From an uncultured Acidobacteriota bacterium (GTDB taxonomy: Bacteria > Acidobacteriota > Thermoanaerobaculia > UBA5066), in assembly GCA_963801475.1 (NCBI GenBank), contig CAWDEX010000002.1:115873-179872 (forward strand): a DNA stretch of 64,000 nt, given 5' to 3'. This document shows positions 46,626 to 57,453 of the stretch, piece after piece; the first letter of the stretch is position 1, and each line of letters opens with the position of its first letter. The notes beneath the pieces are model-generated. The model was not told the DNA's origin, did no database searches, and saw nothing but the letters and a program-made list of their open reading frames with translations. A program made the position numbers and the translations under genes.

Positions 46626-47960
46626 TCAGAAGTTGACGTTCTTCAGGACGTCGAAGTAGAGAACCGTGACCATCACGAGGACGAGGAAGACGAAGCCGGC
46701 CTGGAGGAGCCGCTCCTTCACCTTGATCGGGAAGTCCCGGCGGGCGACCGACTCCAGGAGCGTCACGAAGATCTGCCCGCCGTCGAGCAACGGGATCGGA
46801 AGGAGGTTCAGGAGGCCGAGCTGGAGGGAGAGGATGCCCATGAGCCCGAGGAGAGGTCCCGGCCCGCTCCGCGCCGCCTCGCCCGAGAACTTGGCGATGT
46901 CGATCGGCCCCGAGAGCTGGCGCATCGAGCTCGTGCCCCGGAAGAGGCGGGCCACGGTGGCCCCGGTCGTCTGGGTCTGCCGGACCAGCTCCCGGAAGGA
47001 GGACCGGAAGGCGTCGGCGACCCCGAGCCGCTTCATCACGGTCTCGTAGCGGGGCGAGAAGCCGATCCGCCACGATCCCGCCTCCTTGCGCGGCGTGATC
47101 GGGATCGTGAGGCGCTGCCCGCCCCGCTCGACCACGAACTCGATCGGCTTGGCTCCCTCGGGACCGTCGAGGCTGGCCGCGGCCTCGCGGATCCGCCGGA
47201 CGACTTCGTAGTACGACTGGACCTCCCGACCGCCGACGGAGACGATCCGGTCGCCGGTCATGAGACCGGCCTTCTCCGCCGGGTAGTTCTTCACGAGCGT
47301 GCCGACGAGGGGCGGCAGGAAGGGATTCAGGCCCGTGTACCCGAGGTCGTACTTCTTGTCCGGCTCGGGCCGGAGGATGACGCGGACGGTTTCTCCGCCG
47401 CGCGAGAGCTCCACCGGGATGTTCTCGCGGGGCGCGAGGCCCAGATCCATCTCCACCTCGCGCCAGGTCGAGACCGGCGTTCCGGAGATCGTCAGAACGA
47501 GATCGTCCGCCTTCACGCCGGCCCTCTCGGCCGGGCTTCCCGGCTCGACGTACTTCACGAGCGGCGCTTCGTCCTGGTACTTGAAGACCTCCATCCCGAC
47601 CACGAAGGCGCCGGCGGTCAGGAGCAGCGCGAGGACGAAGTTCATTCCCGGTCCCGCCACCAGGACGAGGAGACGCTGCCAGCGCGGCCCGACCGGCGCC
47701 GCCGGCTCGCTGCCGGCGACGACGTCGCTCTCGTCGGGTCCGAGGCCGACGACCTTCACGTAGCCTCCGAGGGGAATGAGGGAGACGCGGTAGTCCGTCT
47801 CCTTCCGCTTGACGCCGAAGAGGCGCTTGCCGAATCCGAGGGAGAAGATCTCGACCGGGAACTTGAAGCCCTTCGCCACGGCGTAGTGCCCGAACTCGTG
47901 AACGACGATCAGCACCGACAGGACGAAGACGAGGGCCAGGATGTTGATCGGGATGTTCAT
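46626..47960 (-). CDS. rseP: RIP metalloprotease RseP (site-2 protease, 2 PDZ domains)
   Basis: Motifs HEFGHY (HExxH) and LDG. Two PDZ domains. 4 TM helices. Confidence 0.9.
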   Translation of the reverse strand: MNIPINILALVFVLSVLIVVHEFGHYAVAKGFKFPVEIFSLGFGKRLFGVKRKETDYRVSLIPLGGYVKVVGLGPDESDVVAGSEPAAPVGPRWQRLLVLVAGPGMNFVLALLLTAGAFVVGMEVFKYQDEAPLVKYVEPGSPAERAGVKADDLVLTISGTPVSTWREVEMDLGLAPRENIPVELSRGGETVRVILRPEPDKKYDLGYTGLNPFLPPLVGTLVKNYPAEKAGLMTGDRIVSVGGREVQSYYEVVRRIREAAASLDGPEGAKPIEFVVERGGQRLTIPITPRKEAGSWRIGFSPRYETVMKRLGVADAFRSSFRELVRQTQTTGATVARLFRGTSSMRQLSGPIDIAKFSGEAARSGPGPLLGLMGILSLQLGLLNLLPIPLLDGGQIFVTLLESVARRDFPIKVKERLLQAGFVFLVLVMVTVLYFDVLKNVNF

Positions 47961-47981
47961 GCGTCGGGACGCCCCTTCCCT

Positions 47982-49175
47982 CTACGCCCGGTCGTGCCCG
48001 GCGGTTCCCGCCGGAGACGACCGTTCGAGGGCGGGAAGGATCTCACGAGCGGCCCTCCGGCCCCAATCGTCGGCTTCCAGGGCCTCTTCCACGCTCCCCA
48101 GCGCGCCGGGCGCGTGCCGCGCCAGGACACGGGCCGTCGTCTCGACGATGGCCGGGAACGGGATCCGGCCCGCGAGAAAAGCCTCGACGGCGATCTCGTT
48201 CGCCGCGTTCAGGACGGCCGGCGCCGAGCCCCCGGCCTCGAGGGCCTCGCAGGCGAGCGAAAGCGCCGGGTACCGCTCCGGCTCCGGGCGGAAGAACTCC
48301 AGCGTCCCGAGCGAAGGCAGGTCGAGTTTCGCGAGGGGCGTCCCGATCCGGTCGGGATAGGTCAGGGCGTAGAGGATCGGGAAGCGCATGTCGTTCGGCG
48401 ACATCTGCGCGATGAGCGAGCCGTCGACGTACTCCACGAGCGAGTGGACGATCGACTGGGGATGGAGGAGGACCTCGATCTTCTCGCCCGGCACGTCGAA
48501 GAGCCAGCGGGCCTCGATGACCTCGAGCCCCTTGTTCATCATCGTGGCTGAGTCGATCGTGATCTTCGGCCCCATGCGCCAGGTCGGGTGGGCCAGCGCG
48601 TCGGCCACGCCGATGGCCCCGAAGGTCCCGAGGGCGCGCGTCCGGAAGGGTCCGCCCGAGGCCGTCAGCATCAGCTTCGAGACCTCGGCGGCCGTGCCCG
48701 CGCGAAGCGCCTGGTGCAGGGCGCAGTGCTCCGAGTCGACCGGAATCACCTCGCCTCCCGAGGCGCGCGCGGCGGCCATGACCAGCTCCCCCGCCACGAC
48801 GAGGGTCTCCTTGTTCGCCAGGGCGAGACGCTTCCCCAGCTTCGCCGCGGCGTACGACGAGGGAAGGCCGACCGATCCGACGAGGGCGCCGAGGACGACG
48901 TCCGCCTCGGGGAGGGTCGCGACGTCGACGAGTCCCCGGGGGCCCCAGCCGACCGCGAGTCCCGGGAACTCGCTCCGGAGCCGGGCGGCGTCCTCTTTCG
49001 TCTTCACGGCCACGACTTTCGGGCGGTGCGCCGCGACGGCGGGGAGAAGCTTGTCGAGCTTCGAGCCGGCCGCCATCGAGACGATCTCGAATCGGTCCGG
49101 GAAGTGCGCCACGACCGAGAGAGCCGAGTCGCCGATCGAGCCCGTGGCTCCCATCAGGGCGATCCGCCGCTTCAT
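47982..49175 (-). CDS. dxr: 1-deoxy-D-xylulose 5-phosphate reductoisomerase
   Basis: C-terminal 397 aa of ORF 47982..49826, starting [15 protein letters not shown]. Motifs DSEH and LTASGGPF. Confidence 0.9.
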   Translation of the reverse strand: MKRRIALMGATGSIGDSALSVVAHFPDRFEIVSMAAGSKLDKLLPAVAAHRPKVVAVKTKEDAARLRSEFPGLAVGWGPRGLVDVATLPEADVVLGALVGSVGLPSSYAAAKLGKRLALANKETLVVAGELVMAAARASGGEVIPVDSEHCALHQALRAGTAAEVSKLMLTASGGPFRTRALGTFGAIGVADALAHPTWRMGPKITIDSATMMNKGLEVIEARWLFDVPGEKIEVLLHPQSIVHSLVEYVDGSLIAQMSPNDMRFPILYALTYPDRIGTPLAKLDLPSLGTLEFFRPEPERYPALSLACEALEAGGSAPAVLNAANEIAVEAFLAGRIPFPAIVETTARVLARHAPGALGSVEEALEADDWGRRAAREILPALERSSPAGTAGHDRA

Positions 49176-49978
49176 CGGGGAAGCACCTCCGGCAGGTACA
49201 GCGCGACGCCGAGGACGAGGGGCGAAACGTAGAGGAGCGAGTCGAGCCGGTCGAGGAAACCGCCGTGCCCGGGGAGGAGCCCTCCCGAGTCCTTCACGTC
49301 GCAGCTCCGCTTGAAGGTCGATTCGAGGAGGTCTCCGACGACGGCGAAGCCGGCCGCCGACAGGCCGAGGAGAGCGAGGCCGGGGAGACTTCCCGACGGA
49401 AAGAGGAGCACGTGGGCGAGGACTCCGACGAGAAGGCCGGCGCCGAGCTGGCCCCAGAGCCCCTCCCAGGTCTTCTTCGGGCTGACGACCGGGGCGAGCT
49501 TCCGCTTCCCGAAGCGGCGCCCCACGTAGTAAGCCGCCGAGTCGCTGGCCCAAACGACGGCCAGGACGAAAATCACGGAGCGCCAGCCGACCGCCCGGAG
49601 GGCGATCATGGCGGCCGCCCCGAGGGCCACGTAGAGCGTCGCGAAGACCGAGGCGGACGAGGAAGCGAGGAGGACGCCGACGGGCGGCGACGCGAACATG
49701 ACGAGCGTCGGGAGAACGATCAGACCCGCGGCCGCCGCGACGACGAGGCCGGCGGCCGAGCCGAGATACGCCGCCGCGCAGACGGCGAGGAAGACCACGA
49801 ACCCCGCCGTCCGGGGCGCCGTCCACCCGGCGGCCGCGATCAGCCGGTAGAACTCGAGGAGCGCGAGCCCTGCCGCGAGCGCCACGAGGGCGGCCCAGGC
49901 CCAGAAGGGGGCGGCGACCAGGATCGCGAGGACGGCGGGGATGAGCACCGCCGCCGTCAGCTCACGCTGGTACTTCAT
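49172..49978 (-). CDS. cdsA: Phosphatidate cytidylyltransferase
   Basis: CTP_transf_1 C-terminal signature SxxKRxxxxKDxGxxxPGHGGxxDRxDS. Overlaps the dxr start by 4 nt. Confidence 0.85.
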   Translation of the reverse strand: MKYQRELTAAVLIPAVLAILVAAPFWAWAALVALAAGLALLEFYRLIAAAGWTAPRTAGFVVFLAVCAAAYLGSAAGLVVAAAAGLIVLPTLVMFASPPVGVLLASSSASVFATLYVALGAAAMIALRAVGWRSVIFVLAVVWASDSAAYYVGRRFGKRKLAPVVSPKKTWEGLWGQLGAGLLVGVLAHVLLFPSGSLPGLALLGLSAAGFAVVGDLLESTFKRSCDVKDSGGLLPGHGGFLDRLDSLLYVSPLVLGVALYLPEVLPR

Positions 49979-50003
49979 GGGGAAGCTCCCGGGTTTCGGG
50001 ACC

Positions 50004-50828
50004 TCACCGAGAGGCCGCCGCCGGTGGAGCGAGGGCGGGCACGTCGCCGGGCTCGGGCTCGAGGACGCCGCCGTACCGGCGTTCGCGTTTCTGGAAGTCG
50101 GCGATCGCCTCGAGGAAGTGCCGTGCGCGGAAGTCCGGCCAGAGGACCGGCGTGACGTGGATCTCGGCGTAGGCGATCTGCCAGAGGAGGAAGTTGGAGA
50201 CGCGCTGCTCGCCGCTCGTCCGGATCAGGAGGTCCGGGTCGGGCAGCCCCGCCGTATAGAGGCGCGAGGCGACGACGGCCTCGTCGATCGCGCCGGGCGA
50301 GAGGCGACCGGCCGCGACGTCCGCCGCGAGCGACCGCATGGCGTCCGCCAGCTCGGCGCGACCCGAGTAGTTCAGGGCGATCGAGAAGACCATGCCGCCA
50401 CACCGCGCCGTCGCGTCGAGCGCCTTTTGGAGCTCCCGCACGACCGACGGGTCGAGCCCGTCCATCCGGCCGACGACACGAAAGCGGATGTCGTTCGCGA
50501 GGAGCGTCTGAAGCTCGCGCGCCAGCCACTCCTTGAGGAGCGCCATGAGGGTCGCGACCTCGAGCCGCGGCCGCTTCCAGTTCTCGATCGAGAAGGCGTA
50601 CAGCGTGAGCGCGGGGAGATGGAGGCGCGCCGCCGTTTCGACCGTGGCCCGGACGGCGTCGATGCCCGCCCGGTGTCCCTCCACCCGGGGAAGCCGGCGC
50701 TGCTGGGCCCAGCGCCCGTTTCCGTCCATGATCACGGCGACGTGCCGCGGCAGACGGACGAGGTCGAGCCCGTCGAGAATCGCGCGCTCCGGCGTGCCGG
50801 GCGCGGCGAGGACGTCCTTGTCGATCAT
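50004..50828 (-). CDS. uppS: Ditrans,polycis-undecaprenyl-diphosphate synthase
   Basis: C-terminal 274 aa of ORF 50004..51599. Motifs HVAVIMDGNGRWA and LIRTSGEQRVSNFLLWQ. Confidence 0.9.
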   Translation of the reverse strand: MIDKDVLAAPGTPERAILDGLDLVRLPRHVAVIMDGNGRWAQQRRLPRVEGHRAGIDAVRATVETAARLHLPALTLYAFSIENWKRPRLEVATLMALLKEWLARELQTLLANDIRFRVVGRMDGLDPSVVRELQKALDATARCGGMVFSIALNYSGRAELADAMRSLAADVAAGRLSPGAIDEAVVASRLYTAGLPDPDLLIRTSGEQRVSNFLLWQIAYAEIHVTPVLWPDFRARHFLEAIADFQKRERRYGGVLEPEPGDVPALAPPAAASR

Positions 50829-50872
50829 CGCTTCGAGGGGCCCCGGCCGCCGGAAGTCCCCGAGCGGCGATT

Positions 50873-51646
50873 CTAGCGCGGGGTCCCGCCGTCGCTCGCG
50901 AGGCGCTCGGGCGGATAGAGCACGTGAAGAAGCGTCAGACCGCGCGCCTCGGCCGTCGGACCGGGGCGCTCGAGCGCCGCCTCGGGCGGCGTCCTTCCGC
51001 GTCCCGCCTCGCGAAGCGTTCCGACGAGCCGCCGCACCATGCCGCGAAGAAAGCCGTCCCCGACGGCGCGGATCAGGAGAAGGTCGCCGTCCTCCTCGAC
51101 GTCGAGCCGAGAGAGCGTCCGGACCGTCGAGCCCGGATCCGAACCCGTGATCGAGAACGGCCCGAAGTCCCGGCGGCCGACGAGTCGGCGCGCCGCCTCG
51201 CGCATCGCGGCGACGTCGAGCCGCTCTTTCGCGAGCGCCTCGACGAGGCCCCGGTGCGGGTGAAGGAACTCGCCGCGACGGAGGCGGTAGAGATAGATCT
51301 TCCCCACAGCCGAGAAGCGGGCGTGGAAGTCGTCGGGAACGGCGGACGCCGCGAGGACCCGGAGGTCCTCCGGAAGGCCCGAGTTCAGGCCGCGCCGGAG
51401 CCCGTCCGGCGGGATCCGCGGCCCGTCCGCGGGCGCGTCGAAATGGGCGACCTGCCCTTCCGCGTGGACTCCGGAGTCGGTCCGCCCCGCTCCCGCCACC
51501 GGGAGCTGCCGTCCCTGGAGTGACGCGAGAGTCCGCTCCAGTTCCCCCTGGACCGTCCGGGGCCTCACGCCGGCGCGAATGGTCTCCTGCGCCTGCCACC
51601 CCTCGAAGAAGGTGCCGAGATAGGCGAGGTCGAGACGGATCCGCAC
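50873..51646 (-). CDS. truA: tRNA pseudouridine(38-40) synthase TruA (start uncertain, GTG about 51646 or ATG about 51685)
   Basis: Motifs RIRLDLAYLGTFFEGWQ and GRTDSGVHA (catalytic Asp). Confidence 0.8.
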   Translation of the reverse strand: MRIRLDLAYLGTFFEGWQAQETIRAGVRPRTVQGELERTLASLQGRQLPVAGAGRTDSGVHAEGQVAHFDAPADGPRIPPDGLRRGLNSGLPEDLRVLAASAVPDDFHARFSAVGKIYLYRLRRGEFLHPHRGLVEALAKERLDVAAMREAARRLVGRRDFGPFSITGSDPGSTVRTLSRLDVEEDGDLLLIRAVGDGFLRGMVRRLVGTLREAGRGRTPPEAALERPGPTAEARGLTLLHVLYPPERLASDGGTPR

Positions 51647-51683
51647 GGAGCCATTATCGGCGCGCCCGTCGTACTCTCCCGCC

Positions 51684-52352
51684 ATGACGCGCGCGGCCGG
51701 GACGACGACGGTCGTCGTGACCGAGATCTTCCGGAGCCTGCAGGGGGAGTCGACCTGGGCCGGGCTCCCCTGCACGTTCGTCCGGCTGACGGGGTGCTCC
51801 CTCCGCTGCGTCTGGTGCGACTCGGCCTACGCCTTCTCCGGCGGGACCGGGCTTTCGATCGACGCCGTGGTCGGGCAGGTCGCCGCCCTCGGTGCGCCTC
51901 TCGTCGAGATCACCGGGGGCGAGCCGCTCGAGCAGGAGGGCGTCTACCCCCTCGCCACCACCCTCTGCGACCGCGGCTACACCGTCCTCCTCGAGACGGG
52001 CGGGCACGTCCCCGTCGACCGCGTCGATCCGCGCGTCGTGAAGATCCTCGACGTGAAGTGCCCCGGCTCGGGAATGGCCGCCGCGAACGATCTCGCGAAC
52101 CTCTCCCGGCTCGGGCCGCGCGACGAGGTGAAGTTCGTCGTGGCCGACCGTCGCGACTTCGACTTCGCCCTCGACCTCGTCCGCCGGCGCGATCTCGACG
52201 CACGGCACATCGTCCTCATCTCACCGGTCTTCGAAGGCGATCGATCGCCGCTGGCCGCAGACGTCGCGGAGTGGGTGCGGGACTCGGGCCGGAGGCTGAG
52301 ACTGAGCCTGCAGGTTCACAAGTTCCTCTGGGGAGACAAGCCGGGACGATGA
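51684..52352 (+). CDS. queE: 7-carboxy-7-deazaguanine synthase QueE (radical SAM)
   Basis: Motifs EIFRSLQGEST, FVRLTGCSLRCVWCDS, and ITGGEPL. Confidence 0.85.
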   Translation: MTRAAGTTTVVVTEIFRSLQGESTWAGLPCTFVRLTGCSLRCVWCDSAYAFSGGTGLSIDAVVGQVAALGAPLVEITGGEPLEQEGVYPLATTLCDRGYTVLLETGGHVPVDRVDPRVVKILDVKCPGSGMAAANDLANLSRLGPRDEVKFVVADRRDFDFALDLVRRRDLDARHIVLISPVFEGDRSPLAADVAEWVRDSGRRLRLSLQVHKFLWGDKPGR

Positions 52353-53071
52353 GGGAGCGAACCGGCCCCGCGGCGATCCCCTCCGCCCCGGCCCGTGGGC
52401 GGAGGGTTGCGGTGCTGCTCCTCTCGGGCGGACTCGACAGCGGCACCTGCCTGGCGCTCCTTTCCCGCTGGGGCTGGACGGTTCACGCCGTCTCGTTCGA
52501 CTACGGCCAGAGGCATCGCGTCGAGCTTCGTGCCGCCCGGGGGCTGGCCAGGGCCTATCGCGTCGCCTCGCATCGCGTCCTCCGCGTCCCCGACCTCGGG
52601 ACCCTCGGCGGATCGGCGCTGACCGACCGGCGAATCCCCGTCCCGAAGTCCTCCTTCCGGCCAGGCTCGATTCCCGTCACGTACGTTCCGGCCCGAAACA
52701 CGCTCTTCCTCTCCTTCGCACTGGCCGTGGCCGAAACGACGGGATCGACGGAAATCGTGATCGGCGCGAACGCCCTCGACTATTCCGGCTATCCCGACTG
52801 CCGCCCGCCGTTTCTCCGGGCCTTCGAAAGAGCCGCCCGGCTCGGAACGAAAGCCGGTGCGGAAGGGCGAGCGCTCTCGATCCGCGCGCCGCTTCTCCGG
52901 ATGACGAAAGCCCAGATCGTGAAGCTCGCCTTCGCCCTCGGCCTCGATACGTCCTTCACCTCCTCCTGCTACGACCCGGCACCCGGTGGCACGCCGTGCG
53001 GTCGCTGCGATTCCTGTCATCTGAGGAAGAAGGGCTTTCGAGAGGCCGGGCTCATCGACCGGAAGGCCTGA
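52349..53071 (+). CDS. queC: 7-cyano-7-deazaguanine synthase QueC
   Basis: PP-loop LLSGGLDS. C-terminal Zn ribbon CGRCDSC. Its start overlaps the queE stop (ATGA). Confidence 0.9.
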   Translation: MRERTGPAAIPSAPARGRRVAVLLLSGGLDSGTCLALLSRWGWTVHAVSFDYGQRHRVELRAARGLARAYRVASHRVLRVPDLGTLGGSALTDRRIPVPKSSFRPGSIPVTYVPARNTLFLSFALAVAETTGSTEIVIGANALDYSGYPDCRPPFLRAFERAARLGTKAGAEGRALSIRAPLLRMTKAQIVKLAFALGLDTSFTSSCYDPAPGGTPCGRCDSCHLRKKGFREAGLIDRKA

Positions 53072-53192
53072 AGGTCATAGGTTGCTGCGGACGGCTGCGA
53101 GGCAGCCGCCAGAAAGCGGACCAGCCCTCGCCATCTAAAGGTCTTTACTCCAATGAGTTACAAGAATCTACATCGTAACTGTAGAAAACTAC

Positions 53193-53221
53193 TTGACAAT
53201 GTTCTAATAAGATCCTAGATT
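53193..53221 (+). promoter_or_regulatory. Candidate sigma70-like promoter (TTGACA-17 bp-TAGATT) in the only AT-rich island of the window, 9 nt upstream of the clpB ATG
   Basis: The -35 is at 53193-53198 and the -10 at 53216-53221. Inverted repeats CTACA-N7-TGTAG (53168-53184) and GTTAC..GTAAC lie upstream. Confidence 0.35.
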
Positions 53222-53229
53222 GGCGGCGT

Positions 53230-55857
53230 ATGAACCTCGACCGGTTCACCCTGAAAGCGCAGGAAGCCCTTCAGCGAGCGGCCCAGCTCGGACGCGAGGA
53301 AGGGCATCCCGAGCTGACGTCCGAACACCTCGCCCTCGCGCTCGTCGAGCAGGAGGCGGGGACGGTGCCGGCCCTCCTCGGCCGGATCGGCGTCCCGGCG
53401 TCGGCTCTCGCGGCCGATCTCGAGGCGGCTCTCGCAAAGCTCCCCCGCGTCACGGGCGAAGGACACGAGCCGCGGCTCTCCCCGCCGCTCGTCAAGCTCG
53501 TCGACCTCGCCGAGAAGATCGCGCGCGAGTTCCGCGACGACTACGTTGCCGCCGAGCACCTCTTCCTCGCGCTGGTTCGCGACGGAAAGTCGCCTTCGGC
53601 GAAGCTCCTCGCAAAGCACGGCCTCTCGGAGGCGTCGCTCCTCGCCGCCCTCAAGGAGGTCCGCGGCTCGGCCCGCGTGACCGACCCGGCCTCCGAAGAG
53701 AAATACCAGGCCCTCAAGCGCTATGCGCGCGATCTGACCGAGCTCGCCCGCCGCGGGAAGCTGGACCCCGTCATCGGCCGCGACGACGAGATCCGCCGGA
53801 TCATGCAGGTCCTGACCCGGCGAACGAAGAACAACCCCGTCCTGATCGGGGACCCGGGGGTCGGCAAGACCGCCATCGTCGAAGGGCTCGCCCGCCGCAT
53901 CGTGGCCGGAGACGTCCCCGAGACGCTGAAGGACAAGCGCGTCGTCGCGCTCGATCTCGGCGCCATGGTGGCCGGCGCGAAGTTCCGCGGCGAGTTCGAA
54001 GAGCGCCTGAAGTCGGTCCTGAAGGAGGTCGAGGAGTCGGAGGGAAACGTCATCCTCTTCATCGACGAGCTTCATACCCTCATCGGGGCGGGCGCGGCGG
54101 AAGGGGCGATGGACGCCGGGAACATGCTGAAGCCCGCCCTCGCGCGGGGGGAGCTGCGCGCCATTGGCGCCACGACCATCGGCGAGTACCGCAAGCACAT
54201 CGAGAAGGACCCCGCCCTCGAGCGCCGGTTCCAGCCCGTCCTCGTCGGCGAGCCGTCGGTCGAGGACTCGATCGCCATCCTTCGCGGCCTCGCCGAACGG
54301 TACGAGCTTCATCACGGCGTCAAGATCACCGACGCGGCCCTCGTCGCGGCGGCTACCCTCTCGGACCGCTACATCTCCGACCGGTTCCTCCCCGACAAGG
54401 CCATCGACCTCGTCGACGAGGCGGCCTCGAAACTGAAGATGGAGATCGACTCGCTCCCGACCGAGATCGACGAGGTGGAGCGACGGATCCTCCAGGCCGA
54501 GATCGAGAAGAAGGCGCTCGAAAAGGACGATGCGCGCCCCGCGAAGGAGCGTCTCAAGGCCCTCGAAAGGACCCTCGCCGAGATGAAGGAGCGCGCCGGC
54601 GCGATGAAAGCGCGCTGGAAGGCGGAGAAGGATGCCCTCGCGTCGATCCGCGCCCTCAAGAAGACGGTCGACGAGACGAAAGTGGCAGCCGAACAGGCCG
54701 AACGCCAGGGAGACCTGAGCCGGGCCGCCGAACTCCGCTACGGCACCCTCCTGAAGCTCCAGAAGGAGCTGGACGCCGCCTCGGCCCGGCTCGAGGAGCT
54801 CCAGAAGGGGGGCGCCGTCCTCCGGGAGAAGGTGGACGAGGAGGACATCGCCCAGATCGTCTCGAAGTGGACCGGGATCCCCGTGTCGAAGATGGTCGAG
54901 GGGGAGACGCAGAAACTCCTGAAGATGGACGAGCGCCTGAAGAAGCGCGTCGTCGGGCAGGACGAGGCCGTGGACGCCGTCTCCGCCGCCGTCCGGCGCG
55001 CCCGGGCGGGGATGAAGGATCCGAAGCGGCCGGTCGGCTCGTTCCTCTTCCTCGGGCCGACGGGGGTCGGGAAGACGGAGCTCGCGCGCGCGCTCGCCGA
55101 CTTTCTCTTCGACGACGAGAACGCGATGGTCCGGCTGGACATGTCCGAGTACCAGGAAAAGCACTCCATCTCCCGGATGATCGGCGCTCCGCCGGGGTAC
55201 GTCGGCTACGAGGAGGGGGGCCAGCTGACCGAGGCGGTCCGCCGGCACCCCTACTCCGTCGTTCTCTTCGACGAGGTGGAGAAGGCGCACCCCGATGTCT
55301 GGTCGACTCTGCTCCAGGTGCTCGACGACGGGCGGCTGACCGACGGCAAGGGGCGCGCCGTCGACTTCAAGAACACCGTCGTCATCATGACGTCGAACGT
55401 CGGATCGGAGCTTTTTTCGGGGGGCGAAGGCGCCGCCCCCCGGACCCCCGGCGAGGAAAAGCGGATCCTCGAAGAGGCGCTTCGCGCCCACTTCCGTCCC
55501 GAGTTCCTCAACCGGATCGACGACATCGTCGTCTTCCACCGCCTTTCGCTCTCCGACGTCGAGAAGATCGTCGACCTGCAGCTCCGGCGGGTCGCCGAGA
55601 TCGTCGCCACGCGGGGTGTTCGCCTCGACTGGACCGAGCCGGCGCGGACGTTCCTCGCCCGGGAGTCGTACGACCCCGTCTACGGCGCCCGCCCGCTCAA
55701 ACGCAACCTGCAAAAACTCGTCCAGGATCCGCTGGCGCTGAAGCTCCTCGCCGGGGAGATCGGCGACGGCGCGTCCGTGACCCTGGACCTCGAGAACGAC
55801 CGGCTCGCCTTCCGAAGCACGGAGGCGCCGGCGGAAGCTAAGAGGAAGAAGACCTGA
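53230..55857 (+). CDS. clpB: ATP-dependent chaperone ClpB
   Basis: Two AAA+ modules (GDPGVGKTA / GPTGVGKTE). Has the M-domain coiled coil. 875 aa. Confidence 0.95.
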   Translation: MNLDRFTLKAQEALQRAAQLGREEGHPELTSEHLALALVEQEAGTVPALLGRIGVPASALAADLEAALAKLPRVTGEGHEPRLSPPLVKLVDLAEKIAREFRDDYVAAEHLFLALVRDGKSPSAKLLAKHGLSEASLLAALKEVRGSARVTDPASEEKYQALKRYARDLTELARRGKLDPVIGRDDEIRRIMQVLTRRTKNNPVLIGDPGVGKTAIVEGLARRIVAGDVPETLKDKRVVALDLGAMVAGAKFRGEFEERLKSVLKEVEESEGNVILFIDELHTLIGAGAAEGAMDAGNMLKPALARGELRAIGATTIGEYRKHIEKDPALERRFQPVLVGEPSVEDSIAILRGLAERYELHHGVKITDAALVAAATLSDRYISDRFLPDKAIDLVDEAASKLKMEIDSLPTEIDEVERRILQAEIEKKALEKDDARPAKERLKALERTLAEMKERAGAMKARWKAEKDALASIRALKKTVDETKVAAEQAERQGDLSRAAELRYGTLLKLQKELDAASARLEELQKGGAVLREKVDEEDIAQIVSKWTGIPVSKMVEGETQKLLKMDERLKKRVVGQDEAVDAVSAAVRRARAGMKDPKRPVGSFLFLGPTGVGKTELARALADFLFDDENAMVRLDMSEYQEKHSISRMIGAPPGYVGYEEGGQLTEAVRRHPYSVVLFDEVEKAHPDVWSTLLQVLDDGRLTDGKGRAVDFKNTVVIMTSNVGSELFSGGEGAAPRTPGEEKRILEEALRAHFRPEFLNRIDDIVVFHRLSLSDVEKIVDLQLRRVAEIVATRGVRLDWTEPARTFLARESYDPVYGARPLKRNLQKLVQDPLALKLLAGEIGDGASVTLDLENDRLAFRSTEAPAEAKRKKT

Positions 55858-55910
55858 ACCCGATTTCACATCCCGCGCCGACGACGGCGCGGAGACCCAG
55901 GAGGAACACC

Positions 55911-56393
55911 ATGGCCGTCATTCGCTGGAACGACCCCTTCCGTGATCTCGCCGCCCTGCAGGACCGGATGAACCGGATGTTCGAGGGGACGGTCGCCCGC
56001 ACCCGGAACGAGGAAGAGCTCTTCACGGGCACGTGGGCGCCCCCCGTCGACATCTACGAGACCAAGGACAAGATCACGCTCAAGGCCGAGCTTCCCGGCT
56101 TCGAGGAGAAGCAGATCAATCTCCGCTTCGAGGACGGCATCCTCACGCTGGAGGGGGAGCGGAAGTTCGAGAAGGAGAGCGGCGACGAGAACTACCACCG
56201 CGTGGAGCGGAGTTACGGGAAGTTCGTCCGCTCCTTCGCCATTCCCGCCGGCGTCGAGGGAGACAAGATCGCCGCGAGCTTCTCGAACGGCGTCCTGACC
56301 GTCGAGTTGCCCAAGCGCGAGGAGACGAAGCCGAAGCAGATCCGGATCGAGGCCGGCGCCTCGAAGCCCGCGCTCGAGGTCAAGAAGAAGTAG
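55911..56393 (+). CDS. Hsp20/alpha-crystallin family small heat-shock protein
   Basis: ACD domain (AELPGF ... GVLTV). 160 aa. AGGAGG RBS present. Confidence 0.9.
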   Translation: MAVIRWNDPFRDLAALQDRMNRMFEGTVARTRNEEELFTGTWAPPVDIYETKDKITLKAELPGFEEKQINLRFEDGILTLEGERKFEKESGDENYHRVERSYGKFVRSFAIPAGVEGDKIAASFSNGVLTVELPKREETKPKQIRIEAGASKPALEVKKK

Positions 56394-56399
56394 GTCCTG

Positions 56400-56432
56400 C
56401 CGGGGGAGGGCCGTGCCCGCCCTCCCCCGGAC
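56400..56432. terminator. GC-rich hairpin between the convergent hsp20 and cysK genes (bidirectional terminator candidate)
   Basis: ccgggggagggc-cgtgcc-cgccctcccccgg. Confidence 0.45.
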
Positions 56433-56451
56433 TTCCTCCCCGGCCCGGGAT

Positions 56452-57414
56452 TCAGATGGCGGCCGTCGCCGCCAGCTCCTCGTCCTTGAACAAATCCGTC
56501 GAAATGTAGCGCTCCGACGTCGAGGGAACGACGAAGACGATGAGCTTTCCCGCATTCGCCGGCCGCTTGGCGACCTCCACGGCCGCATGCGCGGCCGCGC
56601 CGGAGGAGATCCCCCCGAGGATGCCCTCCTCGCGCGCGAGGCGGCGGGCCATAGCGAAGGACTGGTCGTTCGTGACCTGCACGACCTCGTCGACGAACCG
56701 GACCTCGAGGTTCACCGGGATGAAGCCGGCGCCGAGCCCCTGGATCTTGTGGGGACCGGGAGCGCCGCCGGAGAGGACCGGCGAGTGAGTCGGCTCGACG
56801 GCGACGATCTTCAGCTCGGGTCGCTTCGGCTTCCAGTACCGTCCGACTCCCGTGAGCGTCCCGCCCGTCCCGACGCCGGCCACGAAGATGTCCATGCGGC
56901 CGTCGGTGTCGTTCCAGAGCTCGACGGCGGTCGTCGCCTCGTGGATGGCCGGATTCGCAGGGTTCTCGAACTGCTGCGGGATGACCGCGTTCGGGCCATG
57001 TTCGGCGACGATCTCGTTCGCCTTGGCGATGGCGCCCTTCATCCCGAGAGGGCCCGGCGTCAGGACGACTTCCGCGCCGAGGAGCCGGAGCACCTTCCGC
57101 CGCTCGAGGGACATCGTCTCGGGCATCGTCAGGACGAGGCGATAGCCCTTCGCGGCGGCCGCGAAGGCCAGGCCGATCCCGGTGTTCCCCGACGTCGGTT
57201 CGACGAGGACGGTCTTTCCGGCCTGGATCTTCCCCGCGTTTTCCAGCGCCTCGATCATGGCGACCCCGATCCGGTCCTTCACCGAGTGGGCGGGGTTGAA
57301 GAACTCGAGCTTCGCGGCCACGGTCGCGCCGCGGGCAATTCCGGCCGTCACCTTGTTCAGCCGGACGAGCGGCGTATTTCCGATGAGCTTCGTGATGTCG
57401 GCGGCGATCTTCAT
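56452..57414 (-). CDS. cysK: Cysteine synthase A (O-acetylserine sulfhydrylase)
   Basis: Motifs PLVRLN, SVKDR (PLP lysine), and GTGGT. Confidence 0.9.
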   Translation of the reverse strand: MKIAADITKLIGNTPLVRLNKVTAGIARGATVAAKLEFFNPAHSVKDRIGVAMIEALENAGKIQAGKTVLVEPTSGNTGIGLAFAAAAKGYRLVLTMPETMSLERRKVLRLLGAEVVLTPGPLGMKGAIAKANEIVAEHGPNAVIPQQFENPANPAIHEATTAVELWNDTDGRMDIFVAGVGTGGTLTGVGRYWKPKRPELKIVAVEPTHSPVLSGGAPGPHKIQGLGAGFIPVNLEVRFVDEVVQVTNDQSFAMARRLAREEGILGGISSGAAAHAAVEVAKRPANAGKLIVFVVPSTSERYISTDLFKDEELAATAAI

Positions 57415-57453
57415 GATCCACTCCTCGTGCCGGACGCGCCCGACGCGGTCCGG

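Noticed and set aside
51646-51775. Full 300-aa truA ORF starting at 51775
   Set aside because: The first about 40 residues are not TruA-like and would overlap the queE start. The TruA core begins at VRIRLDLAY.
53215-55869. 884-aa minus-strand ORF and alternative-frame plus ORF 53220..55841 overlapping clpB
   Set aside because: The frame at 53230 gives a textbook ClpB. The others are shadow ORFs.
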